DNA of 64,000 nucleotides from Clostridia bacterium (GTDB lineage Bacteria; Bacillota; Clostridia; Oscillospirales; CAG-272): NCBI GenBank assembly GCA_017462385.1, contig JAFTRE010000023.1, positions 6,265 to 70,264 of the forward strand, read 5' to 3'. Shown piece by piece: positions 1 to 9,481 of this stretch (position 1 is its first letter; each line of letters starts with the position of its first letter). The notes under the pieces were generated by a model. It saw only the letters and a program-made list of their open reading frames with translations, ran no database searches and was not told where the DNA came from. The position numbers and the translations under genes were made by a program.

Positions 1-1
1 C

Positions 2-88
2 GAGCAGTATTTGGATAAGATCGAGGTCAACGAAAAGCTGCTTTCCGAGCTGGATATGAAAATAGTCAATCCCAACTTTTATTATTAA
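2..88 (+). CDS. 3' end of a gene truncated by the window edge (..EQYLDKIEVNEKLLSELDMKIVNPNFYY*)
   Basis: Open frame from base 2 to TAA at 86-88 with a protein-like sequence; too short to assign a function. Confidence 0.6.
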   Translation, partial: EQYLDKIEVNEKLLSELDMKIVNPNFYY

Positions 89-92
89 AATT

Positions 93-192
93 GAATATTT
101 AAAGGGGTGCTGTCATAAGGCGGCTGAGATGGAGCTGTTGCTCCGGACCCTATGAACCTGATACGGGTAATACCGGCGGAGGGAGATATCAA
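93..192 (+). promoter_or_regulatory. TPP (THI-box) riboswitch aptamer
   Basis: GGGGTGC..CTGAGA..ACCC..TGAACCTGAT..GGTAATACC.GCGGAGGGA matches the THI consensus; lies upstream of a thiamine S-component gene. Confidence 0.95.
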
Positions 193-295
193 AAGCGCAA
201 TAAGCTTTTGAGGCGAGCTGTATATGCTTATATTGCTCGCGGTATTTGAGCGGCAGCTGTCACGGGAGTGGCAGTATAGATAGCCGCGCGACTTC

Positions 296-335
296 AACCC
301 GCCGTGTACGAGTGCACCGTACACGGCGGGTTTTT
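296..335 (+). terminator. Intrinsic terminator of the TPP riboswitch expression platform
   Basis: AACCCGCCGTGTACG-loop-CGTACACGGCGGGTT followed by a T tract, before the thiT RBS. Confidence 0.85.
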
Positions 336-371
336 ATATACATATTTTTTATTTACATCATGGAGGAAAAC

Positions 372-962
372 ATGAAAACAAACACAAAACAACGGCTTCT
401 TACATTGGTTGAAGGCGCGGCAATGGTAGCGCTTGCTATCGTTATTGACCTGCTTATGGGCTTTATTCCCAGCCAGCCCGAGGGCGGCTCGATAACACTT
501 GCAATGCTTCCCGTGCTGTTCTTTGCTTACCGTCGCGGAACCGCGGCGGGCGTTATGGCGGGACTTGTCTGGTCGGTAACGCAGATGATCACAGGCGGCT
601 TTTACGTTCCCCCCGCAAATACCTGGTGGGCAATAGTGCTTTGCGTACTGCTTGACTACGTTCTGGTGTTCAGCGCGAGCGGACTTGCCCCTCTGTTCGC
701 AAAGCTGTGCGGGCAGAAGCGACTGATGGGTTATTCTGTCGGCGCCGTTGCTACGGGAATTATCAGATATATTTCTCATGCGCTGTCGGGCGCTCTGCTC
801 TGGGGCTCGTATGCGCCCGAGGGAATGAATGTATGGATCTACACCATTACATATAACGGCGCTTATATGATACCCAATATCATACTGGCGGGCGTGCTGA
901 TCGTTCCGCTGTGCCTCGCCGTCGACCCGCTGACACTGCGTAGATACCGCAAAGCGCAATAA
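372..962 (+). CDS. thiT: ECF-type thiamine transporter S component ThiT
   Basis: GGAGG RBS at 362-366; multi-TM protein with motifs PEGGSITLAMLP, LLDY, YNGAYM; under TPP riboswitch control. Confidence 0.9.
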   Translation: MKTNTKQRLLTLVEGAAMVALAIVIDLLMGFIPSQPEGGSITLAMLPVLFFAYRRGTAAGVMAGLVWSVTQMITGGFYVPPANTWWAIVLCVLLDYVLVFSASGLAPLFAKLCGQKRLMGYSVGAVATGIIRYISHALSGALLWGSYAPEGMNVWIYTITYNGAYMIPNIILAGVLIVPLCLAVDPLTLRRYRKAQ

Positions 963-969
963 CTACGCA

Positions 970-1083
970 TCGATATAAATCCGCATTCGCGGATTTATAT
1001 CATATCGAGTTTGAGCGTAGCGAAAACATATCGAATTTGCCGCGAGGCAAATATATCGAGCCGAGCAAGGCGAGGCATATCGA
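970..1083. repeat. Hairpin-ladder element A (1 TCGATAT unit + 4 ATATCGA units)
   Basis: TCGATAT at 970; ATATCGA at 1002, 1028, 1053 and 1077, separated by hairpins; near-identical to parts of 4106-4287. Confidence 0.9.
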
Positions 1084-1122
1084 CAAAACAAGAGGACTGA
1101 GTCGCTTGACTCAGTCCGTTTT
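1084..1122. terminator. Bidirectional terminator between convergent genes
   Basis: GGACTGAGTC-GCTT-GACTCAGTCC flanked by A-rich and T-rich tracts. Confidence 0.65.
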
Positions 1123-1124
1123 GC

Positions 1125-1442
1125 TTATTGTTGTTTGCTTTTTCTTTTTTGGATGAACACAAGAACTCTATCCAATATAAACCCCAGCAGACAGCCGCAC
1201 GCCACGGGGATCAGGCCTATCAGCATTACAAGCCCCAAAAGCGGCCCTGCGTCAAAAAATCCGCCGCCGTCCCAAGGGTATTCCAAAATATCCGTAGCCC
1301 GGAGCAGGGCGTAAATGCCGATGGCGACAATGGCAAAGGTGGGCGTCAGCCGCCACCATATGCTGCGAGTATAGCGCATGAGCAAAAACTGCGCGGCAAA
1401 GCCCAGCGCGGGAAGTCCTATCCAAAAAACTATTTGCCACAT
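1125..1442 (-). CDS. Small 3-TM membrane protein of unknown function
   Basis: AAGGAGG RBS on the minus strand; three hydrophobic segments and a basic C-tail. Confidence 0.75.
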   Translation of the reverse strand: MWQIVFWIGLPALGFAAQFLLMRYTRSIWWRLTPTFAIVAIGIYALLRATDILEYPWDGGGFFDAGPLLGLVMLIGLIPVACGCLLGFILDRVLVFIQKRKSKQQ

Positions 1443-1456
1443 AAGCCGTTACCTCC

Positions 1457-2308
1457 TTATATCTTGCCCGTAAGAGCGTAAAAGGTTATGCTGAGAAATT
1501 CGCGCACCATGTAGTGGATTATCAGCACATTGGGGTAGGACGCCGAAACACCGATGGCGTTGTGCCCGCTTGAGCGAGCGATCCTGACGGCGCGCCAGAT
1601 GTGAAAATTGTTGGTCACAAGTCCGATGTCGGCATCGGACTCGGTTATGAGCGCGTAGCTGAACTCGAGATTTTCCTCGGTGGAGGTGGAGCGATCCTCA
1701 AGAATAATGCGCTCGTCCGCAATGCCGCGCTCCACCAGCGCGCGGCGCATTGCCTCCGCCTCGCTGATGTCCTCGCCCGCGCCACGGCCGCCCGAAACTA
1801 TGGCTACCGTGTTCGGGTTGTCGCGCAGATATTCATATGCGCGGTCTATGCGACAGCGAAGCGCCAGAGAGGGGCGCGTGCCGTTGACCTTGGCGCCTAA
1901 AACGATTATGTAATCGAGATCACTTTCTCCGCGCGCATTCATGCCCGAGATGACAAGCCCCTCGATGACGGCAAAAAAGACAAAGCACAGCACGAGCAGT
2001 ATTGAGACAATGACGCGCAGTGCGCGCTTTTGAGACAGGCGGCGAAACGGTCTGCGCCCGCCATACCACAGCGCAAGCGCCTCGAAAAACAGTCCCGCGA
2101 CGAGCCATATCCAAAGTACCGATATGCCAAAGCCCGCAAGAATACCGCACAAGAGCCAATAAACGCCGCAAAAAACAGCGAGCGAGGTGAATGTGACGGC
2201 CAGAATTTTGCGGAGATGTACGAACACCGTTCGGGCAAGCGTGGCAATGCCCTGCAGAGCAGAGCGGAATGCCGAGCCGATTTTAGTAAATATATTTCCT
2301 ATTTTCAT
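1457..2308 (-). CDS. YdcF/DUF218 (ElyC/SanA-like) membrane protein
   Basis: Motifs IIVLGA, VSGGRG..E..SEAEAM, EDRSTSTEENL, VTNNFH..RA, RE. Confidence 0.9.
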   Translation of the reverse strand: MKIGNIFTKIGSAFRSALQGIATLARTVFVHLRKILAVTFTSLAVFCGVYWLLCGILAGFGISVLWIWLVAGLFFEALALWYGGRRPFRRLSQKRALRVIVSILLVLCFVFFAVIEGLVISGMNARGESDLDYIIVLGAKVNGTRPSLALRCRIDRAYEYLRDNPNTVAIVSGGRGAGEDISEAEAMRRALVERGIADERIILEDRSTSTEENLEFSYALITESDADIGLVTNNFHIWRAVRIARSSGHNAIGVSASYPNVLIIHYMVREFLSITFYALTGKI

Positions 2309-2495
2309 GTAACTCCGTTGTTTTTGTTGGACTTTATAATAAGTATAGCATACGTCCGTGTCGAATTCAATAAGCTTAAAGCTTTCTTAAAATATTTTTT
2401 ACTTTTTCTTTATATATTTTTGGGGCTCGCGGGTGTTGCATTGCGAGGGCGTTTGTGATAGAATAATATAGTATTAATATTGTAAGGAATATCCT

Positions 2496-3482
2496 ATGAC
2501 CGCATCAAGCCGCGCCGAGGCGCTTTTTATTCGAATACTTATTTGTGCGACAGTGTTTATGCTGGCGTTCGTTTTTACTGTTTTTATGCTTTCCGGGCGT
2601 AACAGCGTCGCAAAAGACGCAGATACCTCCGCCGATATCACCACCGCCGCGCCGACGGTAGCCAACACACCCTCATATATTCCCGTGTCGGACGAGCAGA
2701 CCGCTATCTTTGACGACGCAAAGCTTGACGCCGAATACGCACTGCTTATGGACATGCAAACAGGGCGCGTCGTCGCGTCCCGCCATGCAGACCGCAAGAT
2801 ATATCCCGCGTCCATGACCAAAATAATGACTATGATAGTCTGTTGCGAAAATATTTCCGACCTGACACAAAAGGTAGCCGTCAGCGGCGACGCCATCGCG
2901 GCGGCGTATGTCGAGGGCGCCTCCTGCGCCGGCTTTACGGCGGGCGAGCGGGTCAGCGTGCTTGAACTGCTGTACGGTACAGCACTTCCGTCGGGCGCCG
3001 ACGCTACGGGTACACTCGCGCTGTACGTCGCGGGAAGTGAAAAGGCGTTCGTCGATCTTATGAATACAAAGGCGGGCGAGCTGGGGCTGACAAACACGCA
3101 TTTTGCCAACGCCAGCGGGCTTCATGACGACGATCACTATACCACACCGCGCGAGATGGCGGCGATAGTAGCATATGCAATGAATAACGAGCTGTGCCGT
3201 GAAATTTTGTCTGCTACAAGCTACACTACCGCGCCCACGGCCGAGCACCCCCAGGGGATCACCATGTACAGTACCGCATTCTCGCGTATGTCGGCGACCA
3301 AATTCGGCTCGGCACAAATAGTAGCCGCCAAGACGGGCTATACCGACGAGGCGCGCTTTTGCCTTGCCAGCTACGCCGAGACGGACAGCGGCGGGCGTTA
3401 TGTGCTTATAACCGCGGCGGGAAGCGACCGATACGCGCCCGTTTATGACTGTAAATATGTTTATGAGAACTTTACCGAATGA
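2496..3482 (+). CDS. D-alanyl-D-alanine carboxypeptidase (peptidase S11, DacA/DacB-like)
   Basis: PASMTK (SxxK), LPSGAD, HFANASGLH and KTG motifs; N-terminal anchor. Confidence 0.9.
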   Translation: MTASSRAEALFIRILICATVFMLAFVFTVFMLSGRNSVAKDADTSADITTAAPTVANTPSYIPVSDEQTAIFDDAKLDAEYALLMDMQTGRVVASRHADRKIYPASMTKIMTMIVCCENISDLTQKVAVSGDAIAAAYVEGASCAGFTAGERVSVLELLYGTALPSGADATGTLALYVAGSEKAFVDLMNTKAGELGLTNTHFANASGLHDDDHYTTPREMAAIVAYAMNNELCREILSATSYTTAPTAEHPQGITMYSTAFSRMSATKFGSAQIVAAKTGYTDEARFCLASYAETDSGGRYVLITAAGSDRYAPVYDCKYVYENFTE

Positions 3483-3495
3483 TCGGAGGTAGCAA

Positions 3496-4077
3496 ATGAG
3501 CAAGATACAATGGAAAGGCGGCGCACTGCTTGCGCCCGTGCCCGCCTGCATGGTGAGCTGCGGAACAGAGCAAAAGCCCAATATCATCACCATAGCGTGG
3601 ACGGGCATTATCAATACCCATCCGCCCAAAACCTATATTTCGGTGCGTCCGAGCCGCCATTCTTATCCTATTATCAAAGAGAGCGGCGAGTTTGTCATAA
3701 ATCTGACCACATCGGCGCTGGTGCGCCACGCCGACTTTTGCGGAGTACATACGGGAGCGAAGGTGGATAAATTCGCGCGGTGCGGATTGCATACCGAGTC
3801 GGCAAGTGAGGTCAGCTGCCCACTGATCGCCGAAAGCCCACTGGCACTGGAGTGCCGGGTGACCGAAATAATTCCGCTCGGTACGCATGATATGATACTT
3901 GCCGACATTGTCGCCATCGATGTGGACGAGTCGCTTGTGGACGAGGCGGGCAAGCTTCACCTTGACCGCGCCGACCTTGCCGCCTACGCCCACGGCGAAT
4001 ATTTTGCCCTGGGCAAAAAGCTGGGTAGCTTCGGATATTCAGTGAGAAAGAAAAAGAATAACAAAAAGCGGAGATAG
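3496..4077 (+). CDS. Flavin reductase-like FMN-binding protein
   Basis: Motifs NIITIAW, ISVRPSRHS, GEFVIN, DFCG, LECRV, GTHDM. Confidence 0.9.
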   Translation: MSKIQWKGGALLAPVPACMVSCGTEQKPNIITIAWTGIINTHPPKTYISVRPSRHSYPIIKESGEFVINLTTSALVRHADFCGVHTGAKVDKFARCGLHTESASEVSCPLIAESPLALECRVTEIIPLGTHDMILADIVAIDVDESLVDEAGKLHLDRADLAAYAHGEYFALGKKLGSFGYSVRKKKNNKKRR

Positions 4078-4078
4078 T

Positions 4079-4287
4079 GCTTTGTGTCCTTGGGGACACA
4101 AAGCGTCGATATAAATCCGCATTCGCGGATTTTCGATATACGCTGACGCGTTCGATATGTGCTGACGCACTCGATATGCTCACTGCGTGAGCGCGGATTG
4201 ATATCATATCGAGTTTGAGCGTAGCGAAAACATATCGAATTTGCCATGAGGCAAATATATCGAACCGAGCAAAGCGAGGTATATCGA
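4079..4287. repeat. Hairpin-ladder element B (leader hairpin + 4 TCGATAT + 4 ATATCGA units)
   Basis: Leader GCTTTGTGTCC-TTGG-GGACACAAAGC at 4079-4104; TCGATAT at 4106, 4133, 4152, 4171; ATATCGA at 4206, 4232, 4257, 4281; spacers are self-complementary. Confidence 0.92.
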
Positions 4288-4309
4288 TAAAACATATAAG
4301 ATCAGTCAA

Positions 4310-4345
4310 AAAAAGAACAGACGGAGGTCTCCGTCTGTTCTTTCT
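4310..4345 (+). terminator. Intrinsic terminator
   Basis: AAAGAACAGACGGAG-GT-CTCCGTCTGTTCTTT inverted repeat. Confidence 0.7.
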
Positions 4346-4448
4346 ATATATATTATACCACAAAAATCGCAAAAAGTCAAGTCTTGTAATTGCTCCCGAT
4401 ATGGTGTATTATTATAGCCACTATAAAATACAGGGACGGAGGACGTAT

Positions 4449-5240
4449 ATGCAGGAGAGAAATTTTGAGTCGGTTTATGCCAACGCGTTGTTTTTGAGGG
4501 GATACCATCGTGAGGCTTTTGATGAATATTTCAAGGGCGCTGTGGATGAGCGAGACCCAATGGCGGCGTTTAATCTGGCGTTTATGTACCATCAAGGCAT
4601 ATCGGTGCCGCGCAATTATATGATGGCACATCGCTTTTTCCTTGCGGCGTCCGGACTTGATGGCGGAGAGGCTCAATTCAATCTTGCGCTTATGTATCTT
4701 CGCGGGCAGGGAGTGGAGACGGACGCAAAGCGCGCGGCGGAGTATATGAAGACCTCGGCGGCACGGCAGTGCGTCAATGCTCAGCTTTATCTTGGGGCGG
4801 CATATACTATGGGATATATGTTTGACCCTGTGGACATCGAGTGCATTTCACTCATACCGTTTTACCGTGTCATAGAGCGGCGGCGGTCGGAGCTTTATCT
4901 TTCGGGGGCGGGTGGCGACACACGACTTGAAGACCAACGGTACGAGGTGCTTGAAGCGGACGAGCAGTATGCTGTTGAAATGCTGGAGGCGGCGGCAGGG
5001 CATAAGGACACCACGTATATTGACAAGCAGGTAGGTATCGCCAAGCAGGCATTGGGACAGGCATATATAGAGGGCTTTGGTATCGATTACGATCCGAAAA
5101 AGGGTTACAAATTGTTAGAGGAGGCGGCAATTCGCCACGGCTCGGCGGAGGCGGCGATGTATTTGCTGAAAAACGGAGACACGGCAAAGGTCTATGGTAT
5201 CGACACTGCAAAAATGATGTATCTGACAGATAGAAATTGA
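4449..5240 (+). CDS. Sel1-like repeat protein
   Basis: SLR motifs AAFNLAFMYHQG, AQFNLALMYLRGQGV, AQLYLG, LGQAYIEGFG; start placed at MQERN after a GGAGG RBS. Confidence 0.85.
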   Translation: MQERNFESVYANALFLRGYHREAFDEYFKGAVDERDPMAAFNLAFMYHQGISVPRNYMMAHRFFLAASGLDGGEAQFNLALMYLRGQGVETDAKRAAEYMKTSAARQCVNAQLYLGAAYTMGYMFDPVDIECISLIPFYRVIERRRSELYLSGAGGDTRLEDQRYEVLEADEQYAVEMLEAAAGHKDTTYIDKQVGIAKQALGQAYIEGFGIDYDPKKGYKLLEEAAIRHGSAEAAMYLLKNGDTAKVYGIDTAKMMYLTDRN

Positions 5241-5265
5241 TGCATAAAAGGTTTTTTAAAAAGTA

Positions 5266-5298
5266 TTTGAGGGAGCTTCTTTAAGAAGCTCCCTCAAA
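5266..5298. repeat. Palindromic repeat or bidirectional terminator (TTTGAGGG..CCCTCAAA family, copy 1)
   Basis: TTTGAGGGAGCTTCTT-T-AAGAAGCTCCCTCAAA between convergent genes; related copy at 56363-56396. Confidence 0.7.
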
Positions 5299-5301
5299 AA
5301 A

Positions 5302-6573
5302 TTACAGCTCTATATACTGATCTCTGTCTGCACCGACGGAGATGTATTTGATGCGGCAGTCGGTGACCTTTTCGATGTAACGAACGTAATTTTGTGCGGC
5401 AACGGGAAGATCCTCGAAGCGGCGGCAGTTCGAAATATCGCAGCACCAGCCCTCATGATACTCATAGACGGGCTTTGCGTTGGCGAGATCGTCGCCGGAC
5501 GGGAAGTAGTCTACCAGCTCGCCGTTTACGTCGTACTTGACACAAACGGGAATCTCTTTGAGATAGGACAGAATGTCAAGCTTGGTCAGCGCGATGCAGT
5601 CGGCACCCTGCATGAGAATACCATAGCGGGAGGCAGGAACGTCAAATCCGCCAACACGGCGAGGTCTGCCGGTAGCTGCACCGTACTCACCGCCTGCCTG
5701 GCGAAGCTCTTCGCCCTTTTCACCGAACAGCTCGCATGTGAAAGGTCCCTCACCGACACAGCTGGAATAAGCTTTCATGATACCGATTACGTTGTCCAGC
5801 TTCTGTGCGGGAATACCCGAGCCGATGGGAGCGTAAGCGGCGATGGTGGAGGAAGAGGAAGTGTAAGGATAGATGCCGAAGTCGATATCGCGGAGCGCAC
5901 CGAGCTGTGCCTCAAACATGACCTTCTTACCGTTATTGGTCGCGTCGGTCAGATAGCGGGTGGTGTCGCAGATGTAGTCGGCGAAAGGCATGCCGTATTT
6001 CTCGAGCCATTCGTATATGGCGTCGACCATCAGCTCCTCGTGACCGTAGCCCTTGTTGACCGTCAGGTTCTTCCACTCGAGAATGCCGGGCAGTCTCTTT
6101 TTGAGAGACTCGGGATGCAGCAGGTCGCCCATGCGGAACGCCTTTTTCATGTATTTGTCGGCATAAACGGGAGCGATACCGCGGCGGGTGGAGCCGAATT
6201 TTGCGTCGCCCAGACGGTCCTCCTCGAGAATGTCGAGAAGCTTGTGATAAGGCATGCAAATTGTAGCGCGGTCACTGATCTTGAGGTTTTCGGGCGTGAC
6301 ATTGATGCCTGCCTCGCGCAGTCTTGCTACCTCGCCGAACAGATGCTCGACATCGATGACCATGCCGGGGCCCATGACGTTTACGGTGCTGTCACGCAGA
6401 ATACCCGACGGCAGCAGATTGAGAATGAATTTGCCGCGCTCGTTGATAACGGTGTGACCTGCGTTGTTGCCGCCCTGATAGCGGACAACCACGTCATAAT
6501 TTTCGGAGAGCAGGTCGACCATGCGGCCCTTTCCTTCGTCTCCCCAGTTGATTCCTACGATTGCTGTTAACAT
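5302..6573 (-). CDS. purA: Adenylosuccinate synthetase
   Basis: Motifs WGDEGKG, RYQGGNNAGHT, GEGPF, EYGAATGRPRR, LTKLD. Confidence 0.98.
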   Translation of the reverse strand: MLTAIVGINWGDEGKGRMVDLLSENYDVVVRYQGGNNAGHTVINERGKFILNLLPSGILRDSTVNVMGPGMVIDVEHLFGEVARLREAGINVTPENLKISDRATICMPYHKLLDILEEDRLGDAKFGSTRRGIAPVYADKYMKKAFRMGDLLHPESLKKRLPGILEWKNLTVNKGYGHEELMVDAIYEWLEKYGMPFADYICDTTRYLTDATNNGKKVMFEAQLGALRDIDFGIYPYTSSSSTIAAYAPIGSGIPAQKLDNVIGIMKAYSSCVGEGPFTCELFGEKGEELRQAGGEYGAATGRPRRVGGFDVPASRYGILMQGADCIALTKLDILSYLKEIPVCVKYDVNGELVDYFPSGDDLANAKPVYEYHEGWCCDISNCRRFEDLPVAAQNYVRYIEKVTDCRIKYISVGADRDQYIEL

Positions 6574-6595
6574 TGATTTATTTCCCCCTTAATTA

Positions 6596-8026
6596 TTATA
6601 CTTTTATTTCGATGCTGATGCCCAGCTCGTCGCGGTTGGCATCAAGCACGGGCGCGACGCATTCGCGCAAAAATTCTTCGGTCTGCTCGGTGGCGCGGCC
6701 GGTAAAGACGCTGTTTGTCATAATGTCGTCAAGCTCCTCACGGGTGAGACCAAAGGTGGGATCGGCGAGTATGAGCTCAAGCAGATCGTTGTCTCCGCCC
6801 TCAAGCTTTATGCGCTTGGCAGTCGCGACCGAGTGGCGGCGGATGGCTTCGTGCAGCACCTGTCTGTCGCCTCCGCGCTCTACACAGTACATAAGTATGT
6901 TTTCCGTCGCCATGAAGGGCATCTCCTCGTCGAGGTGACGCTTCATCATGTTGGGATACAGCGAGCCGTTCGAAATTATATTGAAGTAAAGCGACAGTAT
7001 CGCGTCGGTGGCGAGAAAAGCCTCGGGAATGGAAATGCGGCGGTTTGCCGAGTCATCCAAAGTTCTCTCGAACCACTGCGTTGCCGCGGTGATGGCGGGA
7101 TTCATAACGTCTACCATGACGTAGCGTGCAAGAGACGCGATGCGCTCGCTTCTCATAGGATTGCGCTTGTAAGCCATTGCCGAGGAGCCTACCTGACCGG
7201 GCTCAAACGGCTCGTCAAACTCCTTGAGGTGAGACAGCAGACGAATATCGTTGGAGAACTTCGCCGCGCTCTGGGCTATGCCACCAAGAACCGAGATGAC
7301 GTTGTAGTCCACCTTGCGAGAATATGTCTGACCCGAAACGGGAACGCACCCCGCAAAGCCCATTTTATCGGCGATCAGCTTGTCCAACGCCTTGACCTTG
7401 TCGTGATCACCGTTGAAAAGCTTAAGAAAGCTTGCCGCGGTGCCCGTTGTGCCCTTACAGCCCAGAAGTCTGAGCGAGGACAGCTCAAAGTCAAGCCGCT
7501 CAAGGTCGCTCAGCAGATCCGCTATCCACAGTGTTGCGCGCTTGCCGGCGGTCGTTGGCTGAGCGGCTTGGAAGTGGGTGTAGGCAAGTGTGGGAGTGTC
7601 CTTGTATTTCTGAGCAAACGCCGCTGTTGCGGCAATGCAGTTTATCAGCTTGCGGCGTATGATCTTCAGCGCGTCGCGCATTACGATGATATCGGTGTTG
7701 TCGCCGACGTAGCAGGAGGTGGCGCCGAGGTGTATTATACCGCCTGCGGTAGGGCAGGACTCGGCATATGTGTGTATGTGTGCCATGACGTCGTGGCGCA
7801 GTGCGGATTCGTATTTAGCCGCCTTGTCGTAGTCGATGTCGGTGATATGAGCCTTAAGCTCGGCTATCTGCTGCTCGGTTATGTCCAGACCCAGCTCGCG
7901 TTCAGCCTCTGCAAGCGCGACCCATAGCCGTCTCCATGTGGAGAATTTGACATCGGCGGAGAAGGCGTGCTTCATATCCTCGCTTGCATATCTGACGCAC
8001 AATGGATTTTCATAGATGCTGTTCAT
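6596..8026 (-). CDS. purB: Adenylosuccinate lyase
   Basis: Motifs RHDVMAH, HLGATS, THFQAAQ, GSSAMAYKRNP, ERTLDDSA. Confidence 0.97.
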   Translation of the reverse strand: MNSIYENPLCVRYASEDMKHAFSADVKFSTWRRLWVALAEAERELGLDITEQQIAELKAHITDIDYDKAAKYESALRHDVMAHIHTYAESCPTAGGIIHLGATSCYVGDNTDIIVMRDALKIIRRKLINCIAATAAFAQKYKDTPTLAYTHFQAAQPTTAGKRATLWIADLLSDLERLDFELSSLRLLGCKGTTGTAASFLKLFNGDHDKVKALDKLIADKMGFAGCVPVSGQTYSRKVDYNVISVLGGIAQSAAKFSNDIRLLSHLKEFDEPFEPGQVGSSAMAYKRNPMRSERIASLARYVMVDVMNPAITAATQWFERTLDDSANRRISIPEAFLATDAILSLYFNIISNGSLYPNMMKRHLDEEMPFMATENILMYCVERGGDRQVLHEAIRRHSVATAKRIKLEGGDNDLLELILADPTFGLTREELDDIMTNSVFTGRATEQTEEFLRECVAPVLDANRDELGISIEIKV

Positions 8027-8047
8027 ATTTATTATGAAACCTTTCTT

Positions 8048-9268
8048 TTATCGGTGTCTTTTCTTGGTTTCGAGATAATCGGTGATTCTTCCGACTGCCA
8101 TTTCAAGCTTGGGCAGGTCGGGAAGATAGACGATGCGGAAATGATCGGGCGCGTGCCAGTTGAAGCCCGTGCCGGCGGTGACCAGTACTTTTTGCTGACG
8201 CAAAAGCTCAAAAGCAAACTGCTCATCGTCTTCAATATTATAATAATCGAGATCTATCTTGGGGAATATGTAGAAAGCAGCGTCGGGACGAACGGTCGTA
8301 ATGCCGGGCATATCCTTGAGAGCATTGTATATAAATTCGCGTTGCTCGTAAATACGGCCACCGGGCGTCAGATATTCGTCTGCAGACTGATACCCTCCGA
8401 GCGCTGTTTGGATTATGCTTTGTCCGGGGACATTGGAGCACAGACGCATGGATGACAGCAGATTGAGTCCTTCGATATAGCCCTTTGCATGACTTTTGTC
8501 ACCTGCCAGACACATCCAACCGCAACGGAAGCCCGCAACGCGGTGCGATTTTGACAGACCGTTGAAGCTGACGGTGAGCAGGTCGGGGGCGAGGGATGCT
8601 ATGGCGATGTGCTCCTTGCCGTCCATGACAAGCCTGTCGTATATCTCGTCTGCGAAAATGATCAGCCCGAATTCGCGCGCAATGGCGACGATGCCCTCCA
8701 GAGTTTCCTTGGAATAAAGCACGCCTGTCGGGTTGTTGGGGTTTATGACGACGATACCCTTGGTGTTTTTGGTCACCTTGGAGCGTATGTCGTCAAGATC
8801 GGGGTTCCAGTGGTTAGTCTCGTCGCAGAGATAGTGGATCGGAGTGCCGCCCGCCAGCGAGACCGATGCGGTCCAGAGCGGGTAGTCGGGCATAGGGATG
8901 AGTATCTCGTCGCCGTGGTCGAGCAAGCCCTGCATAGACATGGTTATCAGCTCGCTGACACCGTTGCCGGTGTATATGTCCTGTATACCGACGTTAGGTA
9001 TTTTTTTGAGCTGGCAGTATTGCATGATAGCCTTGCGCGCCGAAAAAACGCCTTTGCTGTCGGAGTATCCTTCGGAATGCTTGAGGTTGTAGATCATGTC
9101 GACGATTATCTCATCGGGCGCCATCAGTCCATGCGGCGCCGGATTGCCGATATTGAGCTTTATTATATTTATGCCGTTTGCTTCCATGCGAGCGGCTTCA
9201 TCAAAAACCTTGCCGCGAATGTCGTAGCAGACATTGTCGAGCTTTTTGGATTTTTCAAAATTTTGCAT
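8048..9268 (-). CDS. alaA: PLP-dependent aminotransferase class I/II, AlaA/YfbQ type
   Basis: Motifs YDIRG, KLNIGNPA, GNGVSELI, PDYPLW, INPNNPTG, FNGLSKSHRVAGFR. Confidence 0.85.
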   Translation of the reverse strand: MQNFEKSKKLDNVCYDIRGKVFDEAARMEANGINIIKLNIGNPAPHGLMAPDEIIVDMIYNLKHSEGYSDSKGVFSARKAIMQYCQLKKIPNVGIQDIYTGNGVSELITMSMQGLLDHGDEILIPMPDYPLWTASVSLAGGTPIHYLCDETNHWNPDLDDIRSKVTKNTKGIVVINPNNPTGVLYSKETLEGIVAIAREFGLIIFADEIYDRLVMDGKEHIAIASLAPDLLTVSFNGLSKSHRVAGFRCGWMCLAGDKSHAKGYIEGLNLLSSMRLCSNVPGQSIIQTALGGYQSADEYLTPGGRIYEQREFIYNALKDMPGITTVRPDAAFYIFPKIDLDYYNIEDDEQFAFELLRQQKVLVTAGTGFNWHAPDHFRIVYLPDLPKLEMAVGRITDYLETKKRHR

Positions 9269-9416
9269 ATTTAGCTCCTTGTGTGTCGCGGTTCGACACC
9301 TTATTATAGTATATCACAATCGCGCTTCAATTGCAAGAGTTATCTATAATATTTAAATGCTTAACGACAAAAATGAATTTTTTATCGTTAAAATCAAAAA
9401 AATATTCGCAAAAGAC

Positions 9417-9445
9417 TTGACAAAATCAACTAAAGCGATTATAAT
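9417..9445 (+). promoter_or_regulatory. Sigma-A promoter of the aromatic operon
   Basis: TTGACA (9417-22), 17-bp spacer, TATAAT (9440-45): perfect consensus. Confidence 0.85.
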
Positions 9446-9481
9446 GTAACATATCAAAAAACTTAGGCGGAGGAAACGTTG

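Noticed and set aside
246-371. Upstream extension of ThiT in the ORF track
   Set aside because: It overlaps the riboswitch expression platform and terminator; the RBS supports a start at 372.
4106-4287. CRISPR array interpretation of the repeat-spacer ladders (also 22217, 35437, 45946, 56155)
   Set aside because: Repeats are only 7-9 nt, spacers are short and self-complementary, arms are inverted, and no cas genes are present.
4215-4448. 78-aa N-terminal extension of the Sel1 protein in the ORF track
   Set aside because: It reads through repeat B, a terminator and an AT-rich promoter region; the RBS-supported start is 4449.
5392-7927. Long antisense ORFs opposite purA/purB (likewise 16613-17881, 39476-40822, 42403-43836, 53221-54705)
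   Set aside because: Shadow ORFs caused by codon bias of well-conserved genes on the other strand; no recognisable motifs.
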